64,000 nt of DNA, from the NCBI RefSeq assembly GCF_009914755.1, contig NC_060946.1; one strand, written 5' to 3'. The position numbers and the translations under genes were made by a program. This document shows, in pieces, positions 17,105 through 34,574 of the stretch. How positions within the stretch are numbered: position 1 is the first letter of the stretch; each line of letters opens with the position of its first letter. The stretch comes from the human T2T-CHM13v2.0 reference genome, Homo sapiens. The notes beneath the pieces are model-generated. The model searched no databases. It was not told where the DNA came from and worked only from the letters and a program-made list of their open reading frames with translations.

Positions 17105-18082
17105 CTGAGCCTTGATGTTTTCATCTATAAAATGGGACAGTAACAGCCTCTCCTTGGCAGGGCTGTTTTGAGAATCAAGGCTGGCAGTGGTGTGAATGTT
17201 TTATGGAAAAGAATCATGCCTGTGTCGCTGGGTGTTACGGCGCTACCTGTGTCTCCAGCTGCCTGAGCAGAGAGAGCCCGTGGGGCCCCTTGGTCTGTCA
17301 CACAAGCCCAGGGTTCCAGGCTCAATTTAGGATAATCCAGAATAATGCTACCAACTGGCTGCAGATCAGAGGTCAAATTCCTTTTTCTGGGCCCCTCTTT
17401 CCTCCCAGCTCCACTGGGACGCTGCCTCCAGGGGACTTCTCACAGCTGTCTGGACCAGACCTGCCTGGGAGGAACAGGGTGAGCGGGGACAGGAAGGCCT
17501 CGGACTTTTCCCAGGCTGAAGACCTCCGAGAAGCCACTCTCCCATTCCTCCGCTCCAGCTGGGCAGGCTTCTGATGTGGCTTTCCCAGACCCTGCTGGCC
17601 CCTGTCTGCAGCGGATACACACAGAGGAACAGCGCTCAAGAGGGGGAGGGAAGGGCCTTTGAATAGGAGGACTCATGAGGGCTCCAGGCCTGCACACACC
17701 CTGTCAGCTTGGGGTGCAGGTTGCAGATCTCTCAGGCAATGCCAGGCCTCAGTTTCCTCACCTGGAAAATGGGTTTGGACTGGATGACTTCACCCAGGAT
17801 GCCCAGTGCTAGACACTAGAACAGACCGAGCAGCCCAGGACCTTCCCCCAAGTTCGCTCCCTGGACCCCTTTCACCTCTGCAAGATAGGGGCCATTCCCT
17901 ACCTCTGGCCTCAGTCTCCACCTCTGTAAAATGGGCTGGCTGAACTGGAAGATCCCGGAGGGTCCTTTCCTCTCTGCCATTCTGTTGTAGCTGGAAAAGG
18001 AAAACGGGGTAGTGCTGGGAAGGAAAGAACATTTAGTGAGCTGCAACTGTATACCGGGTGTTTTTATACGTTATCTCAGTTC

Positions 18083-18843
<761 letters not shown>

Positions 18844-18999
18844 TCCGTTCACACAAGGCTGTCATGGAGCTCAGCTTCCAACCCCAGTGCCTGTGACTTT
18901 GTAGCTGTGTGGCCTTGGGCAATGACCTAACTTCCTTGGCTCTCAGTCTCCTCATCCATAAAACAGAGGTAATGATGAGGATTATTAAGACAGTGCAGG

Positions 19000-19292
19000 G
19001 GCCAAGCACAGTGGCTCACACCTGTAATCCCAGAACTTTGGGAGGCCGAGGCGGGTGGATCACCTAAGATCAGGAGTTGGAGACCAGCCTGACCAACATG
19101 GAGAAACCCCGTCTCTACTAAAAAAACAAAAATTAGCCAGGTATGGTGGCAGGTGCCTGTAATCCCAGCTACTTGGGAGGCTGAGGCAGGAGAATCATTT
19201 GAACCTGCGAGTTGGAGGTTGTGGTGAGCCGAGATGTACCATTGCACTCCAGCCTGGGCAACAAGAGCGAAACTCCATCTCAAAAAAAAAAA
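19000..19292 (+). mobile_element. Alu (Sp-like)
   Basis: Full dimer with the GACCAACATGGAGAAAC diagnostic. Confidence 0.95.
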
Positions 19293-20740
19293 GAGTGCAG
19301 AGGACTCTCTGAACACGGGGTCTGCTGCTGCTGCTGAGTGAATGTATACAGTGATAGTAACGCTGATAATGAATCACCCTTGTTTATTGCAGCTACTCGT
19401 ACCAGACACTGAGCTGAGTGTTGAGTTTATGTAGGTGAGCCACGTTGACATGAGCCTGGCCCTCGTGGAACGTACTAGAGAACCAGGAAGACAGACTTAG
19501 AATAAATAGTCACACAAATCATTAGGGAATTATCAGAGCAGCCCAAAGCCACACAGCTGGGAAGAGGAAAAGTGGGTGGGATTCACACCCAAGTCTGTCT
19601 GATTCCCAAGCCCTTATTTTTCCATGATACTCCCAGCCTCTTGAGGCTGGTGGAGGCCAAGCCGAGGACCAGAGATGGGAAATGACTTGCCAAAGGTCAC
19701 ACAGTGAGAGAACAGTCCATTGCAGACCCAGATCTCTGGGCATCCTGCCTAAGGCTCCTCCCAGAGGAGATTCTGAGACATAATACTAAATTACAAAGTA
19801 ACACTAATAACTAGTGTGGCAGCTAATGCTGTGGAAGCTTGCTCTGTGCCCGGAGGCAGAATGGACATTTTACGTGCCCAGTATCATTCAGTTTCCACGA
19901 TGCACAGGAGAAGAGACTTGGTACCCTATTTCACAGAGAAAGAACCTGAAGTCTCAAAGGGGTGCTATGAAATGCCTAGGGTCACCAGCGAACTAACTGC
20001 TAAGCAGAGAGCCAGGATGTTCTCTAAGAGCAGGGCCTGGCTCAGAACTCCCCAGTTCAAATTTGTCTGACCCCCACCCCTGTCCCTAACTCCTGCACAT
20101 CCTGCCTGCGCCCACTGGCAGATCTTCAGGGGCTCCTGCCAGTGGGAGGAGGGAGGTGGCTGTGGTCCTTAGGGTGTAATCCCACAGGTGGAATTCCTCC
20201 TGAGGTCAGCCTGCAGGGAGACGGGTGACACGCTGGTGCCATCTAGTGGCCTTAAAGAGACATGCTGCTTCCCCCGGGAGCCGCAAGGTACCCCACAGAG
20301 ATGCAGGGAGATAGTAATACATAAGGTCCTCATCCTCCACCCAGCTGGACCCCGGTAGCAAACTGACAAAGCTGAGCTAAAAGTGTTCGAAATGATCCTC
20401 CTCATTTTGCAGCTGAGGAAACAGAGGTTCAGAGAGGAGACCGACACACCCCAGCCCAGTCAGGGGCAGACGCAGGTGGCTGGAGGGACTGGCAGGGAGG
20501 TGGGGCTTGCCCTGAGCCTTAGCAGGGAGTCTGTCCAGCCACTGGGAGGCCAGGACAAGACAAGTGAGCTCTTCGTGGAGACTCCAGTTTTGGTCTGGGG
20601 ATGGGTAGGGGGCACTGGCCTGGGACAAGGAGGAGGGTATGGCTAGTAGGAGCTGGATTATGGGCCAGTGCCTGAGGAAGGGAGGAAGAAGGCTGGTAAG
20701 AGACAGAGTGTCCTGGATGATCACCAAGGCTCCTCCGTAG

Positions 20741-20867
20741 AGAAATCCCATGATCTAAGGCCAAACATGGCTGGAGAAACCCCAGGATTCTTAGAAACAA
20801 ACATGGCTAATGAAATTCCATCATTCTAAGGGACAAACATGGCTGGAGAAATCCCAAGATTCTAAGA
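20741..20867. repeat. Diverged ~36-bp minisatellite, ~3.5 copies
   Basis: CAAACATGGCT recurs at 20762, 20798 and 20834 (period 36). Confidence 0.85.
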
Positions 20868-21130
20868 GGCATAGGAACTTGATACATTGTTCATTCCATC
20901 AACAAACCATCACTGACCATGCACTCTGGGCCTTCCCCATAAGGGACGCTCAAGACCCACAGACCAACCAGATCTGGTCCCTGCTCTGCCGGATTCCACA
21001 GCCCAGTGGGGCAGATAAACAGATGACAGACTCTCAGAACCGGACAAGATAAATTCAAGTGGCCCCCCAGAGGGCCATAGGCTCTGCAGCCAGACAGATC
21101 TAGCTGATGATGTTAGCAAAAATAGCAGAA

Positions 21131-21618
<488 letters not shown>

Positions 21619-21880
21619 TAACATTTATTGAGTGCCTACTATATGCCAGGCACTAGTATAAGCACTTTTGATTAGCTAATTTAGTGAAACCCAGACTTTC
21701 TCTGACTAGCCATGTGACTTTTGGTAAATTACTTAGCCTCTCCAACCCTCCAGATTCTCGTCTGTAAAACAGGAGCCACGTGCCTACCTTGCTAGGCTAT
21801 TGTGAGGTTAAAACGAAGTTTTGTGTGTGGGTGTGTGTGTGTATTTGTGTGTTACCTGGAATATAGTAAGTGCTCTATAG

Positions 21881-22318
<438 letters not shown>

Positions 22319-23677
22319 TGAGGTCAGGGAGAGGAGGGAAGGGGAAAGCTCCCTGGAAAGGAGTGGAGACTTGGCCAGGACCTGGAAAGGGCAGGAGCCA
22401 CTGCCCTCTTCCCCTCCTCTGCCCCTCCCCACCTTCTGCTCAGCTCCCCCTTCCCCTCTGGGGCACACCTCATCCCCTCCATTCGTATACCTGTTGCCCT
22501 GGGCCTGACCTCACCATCCCTTGCTTGGCCTTGTGTTTCCACTGGCCTCCCTGCCTCCACTCCTTCCTCCCTGTACCCAGAGGAAACTCCTACCACCAAA
22601 TCTGTCCGTCCCTGCCTCCTCCGGCCCTCCTGCTCATTGATCCCACCCCACAGGAAAGCCCACTCAACTGTGACGGGCAAGGCCCACCCCATTCATTACA
22701 TGAGTCTGTTTCCCCATCTCCTTCCTTGCGTCCACAGAGACCAGAGTTCCAGCCACCTGGAACTACATGGAGCTACCTGCTGTCCCCTGCAGACCCTGTG
22801 CTCCCTCCAGCCCCTATTGGCCGCCTAGAAGTTTCTCTGCCCACTCATCTCTCCAGATGGCTGTGCCACTCCCGGGGAAGCCTTCCCAGGCACCCCTCCC
22901 CTGCGGGGTCAGGAAGATCACCCTCCTCCCCCTTTCCCTCCCCCCCGCTGTGTTCCCAGACCCTGTCCAGGGTGTTCCAATGCTTGTCTTATGTGCCCAT
23001 CTCCCATACTAGATCATTGCCTTCCATTAGGTGACACCACTGCTAGGAAATGCTTCAGATAGTGCCTCCCTCCATGTTAGGCCTCACAGTTATAACTCGG
23101 GCCAGGTCTTTGTCATCTTTGCGTGCCACTGTTGAATCGTGATGATGACACTCACATTTCTGAGCACTTGGTGCACCAGGCACTGCACTATGGACTTCAC
23201 TCAAAGTATCTCCCTTAATCCCTCCAACCCCATAGGTGGTAGGACCTGTTATTATCCCCTTTTTTAGATGAGGAAACTGAGGTCAAAGAGGGTGGCCAAG
23301 AGGCATTAAAACCAGGCAGGCCAGATCCAGGGGCCACCACATTGCCACCTCTCTGAGTGTGCCTATGCTGTTCCACTGCCTGCAACACCCTCTTTCACTG
23401 CCTGGCCCCTGGTGGGCTCGTTTCACCCTCGGGCCTCAATCCCAAAGCCCCCTCCTTGGAGAAGCCTTTTCTATAACACCCTGTTATACAGCATCATGCC
23501 ACTCTGTCTGTTTGCTTTGTAGAATATGTCTCAAGGTATTTCTTTGAGTTTGCTGTCTGTTGTTCTTTTGTACTCAACGTGCACGCACACACACAGCCAC
23601 AAACACACATAGTCGTACTTGACTGTGAGAGCAATCACCGTGATTTCGCTTACTGCTGCATCCCTAAAGCAAAACAG

Positions 23678-24213
23678 AGTTTAGCCAGCCTCCCAGAGGG
23701 TCCCCAGAGATCCTGGCTTCTTGGTATGCACACCTTTGTGGAGTCCGCTTCCACGCTGAGCAGAGGACCTGTGCTACTGAGAGGACACTGTGTAAATGCC
23801 AAAGTGAGACCTCTGAGGCTGGGTCATGAAAGATATTGCACTTCCTCCTTGGCTCTCTTGGACCACTTGCTCTGGGAGAATACAGCTGCCATGTTGGGAA
23901 GACACTCAAGCAGCATTGTGGAGAGATCCACATGGTGAGGGACTGAGGCCTCTGGCCCACAGCCAGCATGACCTGGCCAGCCTTGTGAGGGAGCCACCTT
24001 GGAAGTGGATCCTCTCTCCTGTCCAGCCTTAGATGACTGCAGCCCTGACCAACATCCTGCCCACAACTTCATGAGGGATCCTGAGCCAGAACCACCCAGC
24101 CAAGCCAGTCCCAAATTCCTGATCCTCACACCTTGTGTGCAAGAAGAAATGCTGATTGTTTTAAGCCACTACGTTTTGGAGTACCTTGTTATGGAGCAAA
24201 ATTGAATCCAACA
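23678..24213 (+). mobile_element. MLT1 (MaLR) LTR
   Basis: GCTGCCATGTTGGGA...CACATGGTGAGGGACTGAGG...TTGTTTTAAGCCACTA...TTGTTA motifs. Confidence 0.8.
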
Positions 24214-26619
24214 CTTTCTAAGTAGTTGTTGTATAAAGAGGTGGAGAGATGGATGCTGAATGAGAATAACAATGATTCTCACTCCCTGAGCCCTCTCTGT
24301 GTGCTAGGCATAGTGCTAAGTACTTTACATGTGAAACCGTCACACAGCCTTATGAGAAGGCTGCTACCCTCTACCCATTTTATAGATGGAGAAATAGGAA
24401 CAGTGAGGTTAAATTACTCACCCAACATCCCACCAGCAGTCCTGGGGCTTTGCACCCTGGCAGATTGGGACCAGAGGCTTCACTGCCACATGGCACTGTC
24501 TGGGTGTCTCTTGACTCTTCCCAGACCCCCTCTCAGGCTCACTGGGGGCCTGGAAGAGCTCACTGTCACAGTCCGCGTGGCATGCATGCCCTGCAGAGCT
24601 AGGAATGCATGGCTCATGGCCTGGTGCCAGTGCCTCTTGTCCCACTGCTGGGAACACTGCCCTGTCACCTACCGGTAGAAGCCAGTTGGACAGAGCAGAA
24701 GGAAGAGGATGGCTTCTGTCCAGCCACACCCCATGGGACCAAGTGGCTGTAGGGGCAGGAGTGGGGGTCAGAGAGCTCAGATTCCAGCCGGCTCGTCATG
24801 CTGGTCTCCTTAGCAAACCTCCTAAGGTTACACACCCCAGGGTTCTGGCTGGACTCAGAGCCTTCGTCCTCTGGATCTGAAATGATATGGTTGGGACAGA
24901 GCTGGAAGTAACAACGGAAAACCCTGAGCCCTTCTTGTCCTCTGAGCAACGGAGGCTAAAAGGATGTTGGGGCCCAGGGAGCATGTAGCACTCAGGCCCA
25001 CACCATCGTGAGAAGATAGTTGGGCTGGCACAGAGCTGGATGCCTTCTGAGAGGGTACAAGGGGCCTGGGCACAGGATGCCTGGGTCCAGGTCTGGTCTC
25101 TATCCGTCACAGTCACTGTGTGACTTCAGGCAAGTTCCTTAACCTCTCTGTGCCTCTAAACAATTCATCTGAACACATGCAGGTGGCAATAGCACCTATT
25201 CCCTGAGAATGAATGAGCCTGGTATGAGACAAACACTCATGTGTGCCGGGATGTTTGGTTTTCATAGCACTAACCTTTCCAACAACCTTGCAAGGCAGGT
25301 ACCATTACTGCCATCTGCCCATGAAGAAACCGAGGTTTGGTTAGGTTAAGTCACTCTCACGGGCCACACACAGCCAGTCTGAGGTGAAGACAGTCAGGAT
25401 TCAAACCCAAACGAGGTCCTTACCTCTGTGCCACCCTGCTCCTGTTCATTTTTGAGCCTCAGTGCCAGCCACTATGTGTGATCCCTGTTAGACACAATCA
25501 CTGCTGTCTAGCAAACAGACAGAGTGGGTTGCTTGGGGAAGCAGGGAGCTCCCCATCCCTCCAGAGGTATGCAAGCATAGCCTGGGTGCGGTGGAGGCCT
25601 TAAGCATTGGGTCTGGTGTTGAATCCAGTGCCATTTAAGGCCCCTGCTACCCCTAGATTCTGGGGTTCTTCACTATCCTCCCCCAAAGACAGAGAGGGCT
25701 TAGCAGGGGAAACTGAAGCCCAGAGCCAGGATATGCCCAAGGTTACTTCATCAAGACGCTGTTGAACCCACCCTCCATCACGCCAGGAGAAAGGCGGGCC
25801 CCTTCCTCCAAGGGCCAGGAGAAGGAATAGGGGTAAAAAAAGAAGCCACAGGACCATGGGCAAGGTGAGGGTGAATCCTGAAGACAAAGGTGGCCACTCG
25901 GTGGGTGTTCAGAGCCAGGGAGCAGGTGAAGGTTGTCAGAAACAAGGTGAGTGTCAGACACCTTGGACTTCTTTTGGTTCAGTCCCCTCATTTGACAGAT
26001 GAACAAATCAAGGCCATGGGGGGCCGATTCTCCTGTCCCAGATCCGTAATGCCATGTAGGGCACAGGCTGCTGCGGAAATAAGAGGAAAGGATGTGAAGG
26101 AGGTGGGCTGGACTTCACAAAGCCTGCCACTCTGGCACAAAGTGGATGGGATACGGGGTCTCTGGCCCACACTCTGCCCCTGCCCATGCCTCCCTCCTAG
26201 CAGATGATGAGCTATTTTCCAAGCATGTAGGATGCACTAAACCCTTCTTGAGGTGTCCTCATAAATTTGAGCCTAACAGCCGCCTGTGAGATAAGGACTG
26301 GGAATTTCATCATCTACATTTCTTCAGAAGAGGAAACTGCTGCCAGAGAGGTGAAATCACTTGCCCGAGGCCACAGAGCCAGCCAGGAAGGAGTGAAGCT
26401 TAGCAGTGGCCCCTGAGACCTCAGTCACCCTGGACTGGCGTTCCCCTTCCTGGGAGTAAGGGATGAGCACACTGGGTGAGAAAATCTCAGCCTCCGCCCT
26501 CTGGAAAATGACTCAGTTCTGGCCCCTGGTCAGGACATGGGGTAGGTGGCCAGACAGCCACAAGGTTGGGCTGTAAGCCTCTAGCGCCCAGGCAGCCCCG
26601 CTGCCACCCAGAGCAAGTC

Positions 26620-27175
26620 ACACTCATACGCTCTCCTCAGTTAAAGTGCACAGGCTGAGTGCGGTGACTCAAGCCTGTAAACTCAGCACTGTGGGAGGCC
26701 AAGGCAGGAGGATCGCTTGAGGCCAGGAGTTCAGGACCAGCCCAGGCAACATAGTGAGACCCACCCCATCTCTACTAAAAATAAACAAATTTAGCCAGGC
26801 GTGGTGGCATGCACCTCTAGTCCCAGCTACTCGGAAGGCTGAGGTAGGAGGATTGCTTGAACTTGGGAGCCTGAGATTGCAACACTGCACTCCAGCCTGG
26901 GCAACAGAGTGAGATCTTGTCTCAAAAACAAACAAACAAAAACAAAGTGCACAGTTCAGTGAGTCTTAGCATATCCACAGGTGTGCAACCAGCACCACAT
27001 CCACTTTAGAACATTTTCACCACCCCCCGAAAGAAACCCAGAAGCACTTAGCCCCCGTCGCCACAACCCGCCTCACCTCTAGCCCTGGACAGCCACATAT
27101 CTACTTTCCGTATCTATCAATTTGCCTCTTCTGGGTGTTTCATATAAATGGAATCACACGATATATGGCCTTTTT
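26620..27175 (-). mobile_element. L1M 3' end fragment interrupted by an Alu
   Basis: TTTAGAACATTTTCACCACCCC...TTTCATATAAATGGAATCA motifs. Confidence 0.75.
26653..26943 (+). mobile_element. Alu (J-like) with a small right-arm deletion
   Basis: TSD AAAGTGCACA on both sides. Confidence 0.92.
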
Positions 27176-27219
27176 GCAGGCACCGCTTTTTGAAGTCTTA
27201 CAATAACATTTTGCAATAA

Positions 27220-27545
<326 letters not shown>

Positions 27546-28319
27546 TGTTCTCTCAACTTTATAGATGAGGAAACTGAGGCTCAGAGTGGTTAAGAGCTTG
27601 CCCAAGGTCACCCGGCTCAGAAATGGTGGGTGGGATCTGGAATACGTCTGTCTGACTCCAGAGAACCTCAGCCACCCTTCTTAGGGCCAGAATCCAGAGT
27701 GGCCAGACAGCTTCAGGGGCCTAGGTTCAGGGATCTAGGACTGGAAGAAAGGCTGGGAGGGTCAGGGAGTTTGTGAGTCCTGAGGGCCAGGGCTGGAGGG
27801 TGAAGGGCCTGGGGAGGGGCACTGGTCCGGCCTCTAGACCCTCGAGTTACAGGGAGAAAAGGAAATATATAAGGCAGCCACTGGGGAAGGGGTGGGGTGG
27901 CTAAATGTACCTTCGGGAACTCCTGAGGGCCACCCCTTCTCTGGCACTGATTGGCGCAGTCACAGGTTCCTGATAATTACCCCCTCTCCTGCCTTACTTC
28001 CCCCATGGAAACGGTCCCCTCTGCCCACACTCCCAGCCCCCAGCAGCCGCCAGCCTTCCTACGATGACTCAGCCTGAGCCACTGTCCCCTCTGCCACCTC
28101 CACCCTCCCCCGACACCTGTCCCTTTCTAGCTGAAGCTGACCCCCAGGACGTGATTATCACCAGCACCCGGGTGGCTGTGCCAGGACTGGCCTGGCCAGC
28201 ACCTGTTGGGGCTGGGAGACAGCTCTCCCCAGCCTGCCCCCTGGGTCAGCCTACTTGGGGGCCCTCACGCCCTTAGGGGGCTCTACCCACCCCATTCCTG
28301 GCAAGTCCCCTTAGGATAA

Positions 28320-28635
<316 letters not shown>

Positions 28636-29994
28636 AACTTTGTGTTGTTAAAACGATTACCATACCTCAACAGAAAGAAAGAAAATTTTGGAACATGCTC
28701 TTTCAGGCTGCTGTCTGCTTTGTACTCCCATGTTGACCCATCCCACCAAACCGCCTTGGGGATGGACAAGGCATTATCCGGCTGGGAATGAGGCTTAGCG
28801 TGTGAAGGAGTGGTTCCGCTCCCAGCACCACGGTCTCCTACAAAAGGAACTCTGAGGGTACGGTTGTGGGCCCAGCCTGCCTGTGTGTGTGGTAGGGAGG
28901 ACTCTGTGACCTTCAGAGGCCCCAAAATCAAATGACAGCAGCAGCTGCTAGCTATGCTGGAGCACCAAACCTTTATTTTCCTTTGCATCCATTAATTTGT
29001 TTAGAGCCAGACAGCTTGGCTTGGAGTACCAGCCACACCAAACTTCATGCTCTGTGACTTTGGGCAATTCAGTTAACCTCTCTGGGCCTCAGTCTCCTCA
29101 TCTGGAAAATGGGCGTGATGGCAGCTTCTGCTTCCTAAGCCTGGTTTGAAGATGAATGAGTGAGTATGTGTACAGTGCTCGGAAGGCACCCGGCACACCT
29201 TGTGAGCTGTTTGTTCTTGTTCTTCTTACGCCTGGTAAGTGCGTTGCAGGGGCACAGCCCCACCCACCCCACCGGGCCTCAAGGAGATTACAGGCAGTGG
29301 AGACTCAAGTAAGTCAGTCTGTCACCATCCAGAGAGGGGAGGGCCTGCCTCAGGGCCCGCAGGGAGGGCTCAGGTACTGTGGAGAGTGTCAGCTGGGAGG
29401 CCTGGGGCCCCGGCTCCAGCTCTGCTGCCCAACTGCTCTGTGACCCTGGCCAGGTCACTTGCCCACTCTGGGCTGCAGTTTCCTCCTCCTCTGGAGGCAC
29501 TGGGCTGACTCTCCAGGGCCCTGGGCAGCCAGAGGTCTGGGAGGCCAGCCACCACTCCGGCTCTATTTTTACTGGGGCTCTGGACACTGTGCTGTCCTTG
29601 GACTCAGAACCTGGGTGGGTGAAAGGGAGCCCTGAGGTCATCCAGCCAGCCGGGTCTGAGCTGCGCTCCCTGGGCCTGTAAAGCATGTGCGGGAAGGTCC
29701 CCCTCATTCCAGAGGGCTTTGTGCTGGGGAAGCTGCCCTTGCCCTGTCTCTGCCTCTCTGTCCCTCCTCCATCTTGCTCACTCTTCTCACTGGTTCTCTC
29801 TCTCTGTCCCTCCCTTCCTCTCTCTCTGTCTCTCTCTGGCACATGTGCACAGAGCTCCACTTCACTCTCTAAGGCCCTGGCCTCACTGCACCCCAGTGAA
29901 TTACAACCTGTTCTCATCCCTACTCTGTGCTTTTAAACTTTTTTCTCTTTATTTTAAATTGTTTACAAAATCTCAGAGAATTTATGGAATCAGA

Positions 29995-30835
29995 AATGGG
30001 AAAGAGGGAGGGACAGAGGGAGTAATGCAAGGAGCCATGACCCACAGCACCAGAACTCCTGCTTCAGAGACCAACAGGCATACCCACACCGATGAGAGAG
30101 GGAGGGAGAGAAGGGTGGGGGAGAGGGATGGAGGTGGGGGGACAGAGGGAGGGAGAAAGAGAGATTGACAGAGGGAGAGAGAGGGAAAGAGAGAGAGAGG
30201 GATGGAAAGAGGGAAAGAGAGAAAGAGGGATGGAAAGAGGGAAAGAGAGAGAGGGATGGAAAGAGAGAAAAGAAGGAAGACAGGGAGGGAGTGAGAGAGG
30301 GAGAGAGAGACAGGGAGCTAGAGAAAGAGAGAGGGAAAGAGAGAGAGAGGGAGGGAGGGAGAGACCAAATAGAAAAAAGGAGGGAGAGAGGGAGGGAGAG
30401 AGAGGTGAGGGGAAGAGAGGGAAAGAGAGAGGGAGGGAGGGAGAGACCAAATAGAGAAAAGGAGGGAGAGAGGGAGGGAGAGAGGGAGGGAGGGAGAGAG
30501 AGGTGAGAGGAAGAGAGGGAAAGAGAGAGAGAGGGAGGGGGAGAGAGGGAGAGAGAGAGGGAAAGAGAGAGAGAAAGAGAAAGAAAGAGAGAAAAGGGAG
30601 AGAGAGGTGGGGAGAGGGAGAGAGAGGGAGGGAGAGAGAGGGAGGGAGAGGTGAGGGGAAGAGAGGGAAAGGAGAGAAAAGGGGAGAGAGGGAGAGGGAG
30701 AGAAAGAGAGAGAGAAAGGGAAAGAAAGACAGAAAAGGGGGAGGGGGGAGAGAGAGAGAGAGAGAGGAAGAGTGGGAAGGCACAGAGAAAAAAGCAGAAG
30801 AGAAGCCAGAACGAGATGGAAGAAACAGAAACAGA
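29995..30835. repeat. GA-rich polypurine low-complexity tract
   Basis: Nearly pure A/G on plus from ~30095 to 30790. Confidence 0.95.
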
Positions 30836-32291
30836 GCCAGAGGGCAGTTGCGGAGTCCCTAGCACAAATCCTTTGAAAGGGGGAGGGCTTGGCGTGCAGG
30901 GCCTCCCTCTCACCATGGTAGCCTGATCAAGGTTTATCTTCTTTGGGCCTCAGCTTCCTCACTTGGAAAAACAAATCTGAGCTACGTGACCACCAAGGGC
31001 TCCCGGAACTCTGGCATTCAGACCCTGTGATGCTGAGGCCACTTGGGAATGGTCCCAGCCTCCTCATTCCTCAGATTTGGATAATGCTTTGACACTCAGT
31101 GCTCCACTGTTGGTTCAATATGACTGATCCCATGCAGCATATGGGATGCTGGTGCTTAGAGAGGCGGAGACGTTTTTCCGAGGCCACACAGCGACACGGT
31201 GGTGGGTGGGACCTAGGGGAGCCTGAGTGCTGCGGGCAGGACTTTCCACCTCCTTCCTCCCAGCCCATAGTTGTCCCATTACCGTGACTGTCCCCTCACC
31301 ACCCCTGCACAGCACCTGCACCCCCTCTCTGGTCCTTGGTGCTCCCTGCACAGGGGCAGAGGTGATCCAGCCGAGCACGTGTCCTTCCCATGAGGCCTGT
31401 GGGCCCTCTCAGCAAAGGGTGAGACGTGGCGTGTGCTCCTCCCCCCAAGACCCCTCCTCCCTTCCTCAGTGAGAAACTGCAGCCTGGGATCCCTTCACTA
31501 AGGAAAGAAATACATTCAGGAAAACGGGACCCAGTTCCTGCCACCGTCCACCCCTGAGGCCACTCTCATTGATGATGGGGGAAGAACAAGGTGTTCTAGG
31601 CGCTTGGTGTGTATTAATTCATTTGATCCTCACAAACGCCTTTGGCATAAGTAATTAGAAGAAAAATTATTATTTTCATTTCACAGGTGAGGAAACTGAG
31701 GCACACAGTAGTGAAAAAACATGTCCAAATCACACCTCTGGGAAGAGGCAGACCAGGCTCAGGGGCTTGGGTGAGTGACGACTAAGAGTTGTGTAGCATG
31801 GGCTGTTGATTCAGGCATGAGCACGAGTGTCACTGGCATCCCAGCCCCGGGCTAAGGGCTTAGCACCTGCTACCTTATGCCATCCTCATGGCCAATGCCA
31901 TCGGTTCCCAGCCCTCCCCAGCGGCATCCCATCTGCCCTGCCTGAAGAGTCTCCTGTTGGTTTGGAAGTTCACCCCCAATGGTGCTCACAGAAGATGACT
32001 TCAGTCTTGCCCCAAGGGTGAGTTACAGTTGCTCCCAGCCCATCATGGTGGTCTTGACTGTGACAGGCTTAGGCATAGGCATGTGACCCAGTCCTGGAAA
32101 ATGGGAACTTAGAGAAAATCTGCCAGGGAGGAGGAAGGGGGCCTCTGGAAAGTTCTTCCATACCTTCAAATGAGGACATGAAGCAGGAATTGCCTCTTCC
32201 TGCCTTTGGATGTGGAGTGAGGATGTGATATCTGGAGGTGTAGCAGCCATCTTGTGGCCTTGAGGGAAAGGCAACTTGTGGGGAAGTAGAT

Positions 32292-33235
<944 letters not shown>

Positions 33236-33244
33236 GCTAGGTCA

Positions 33245-33777
<533 letters not shown>

Positions 33778-34250
33778 CTCCAGCCCGCAAAGTGGGGCTG
33801 ACATCCGAGAGCACTGGATAGTCCAGGAACAGCAAACCCAGGGCTCAGGCACTGCAGACTGCACATCAAATCAGGGTTCAGGAGGGAAAAGTTGGGCCAC
33901 GTTGTCTGAACTTTTCTCCCATGCGCAATGAGAAGGAGCCGTTGAAAGTTATTTGCCCAGTGACTTGGGCAGAATTGCCAAGTGGTTTGGAGCGTGGCCT
34001 TGGGCTGTGTGTGGGTTTTCAAACTGACAGCCGGTTACATGATCCAGGCCCGAGGGGGTGGCTCTAGTTTCTGTGTGAGTGACCCTGAGTGAAAACCCGC
34101 TTGCTCAGCCTGCTCCATTCCTAGGGCCAGGAGAGGCAATAATAAGATACAGAACCGTTGTGTTTTAGCCATTATATTTTGGGGTGACTTTATTACTATT
34201 TATTACATACTATTTTTATTACTACGCAGCAATAGAAATTGAAACAATAA

Positions 34251-34574
<324 letters not shown>

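Noticed and set aside
29990-30916. 308-aa and 239-aa Leu/Ser/Pro ORFs
   Set aside because: Artefacts of the polypurine/polypyrimidine tract
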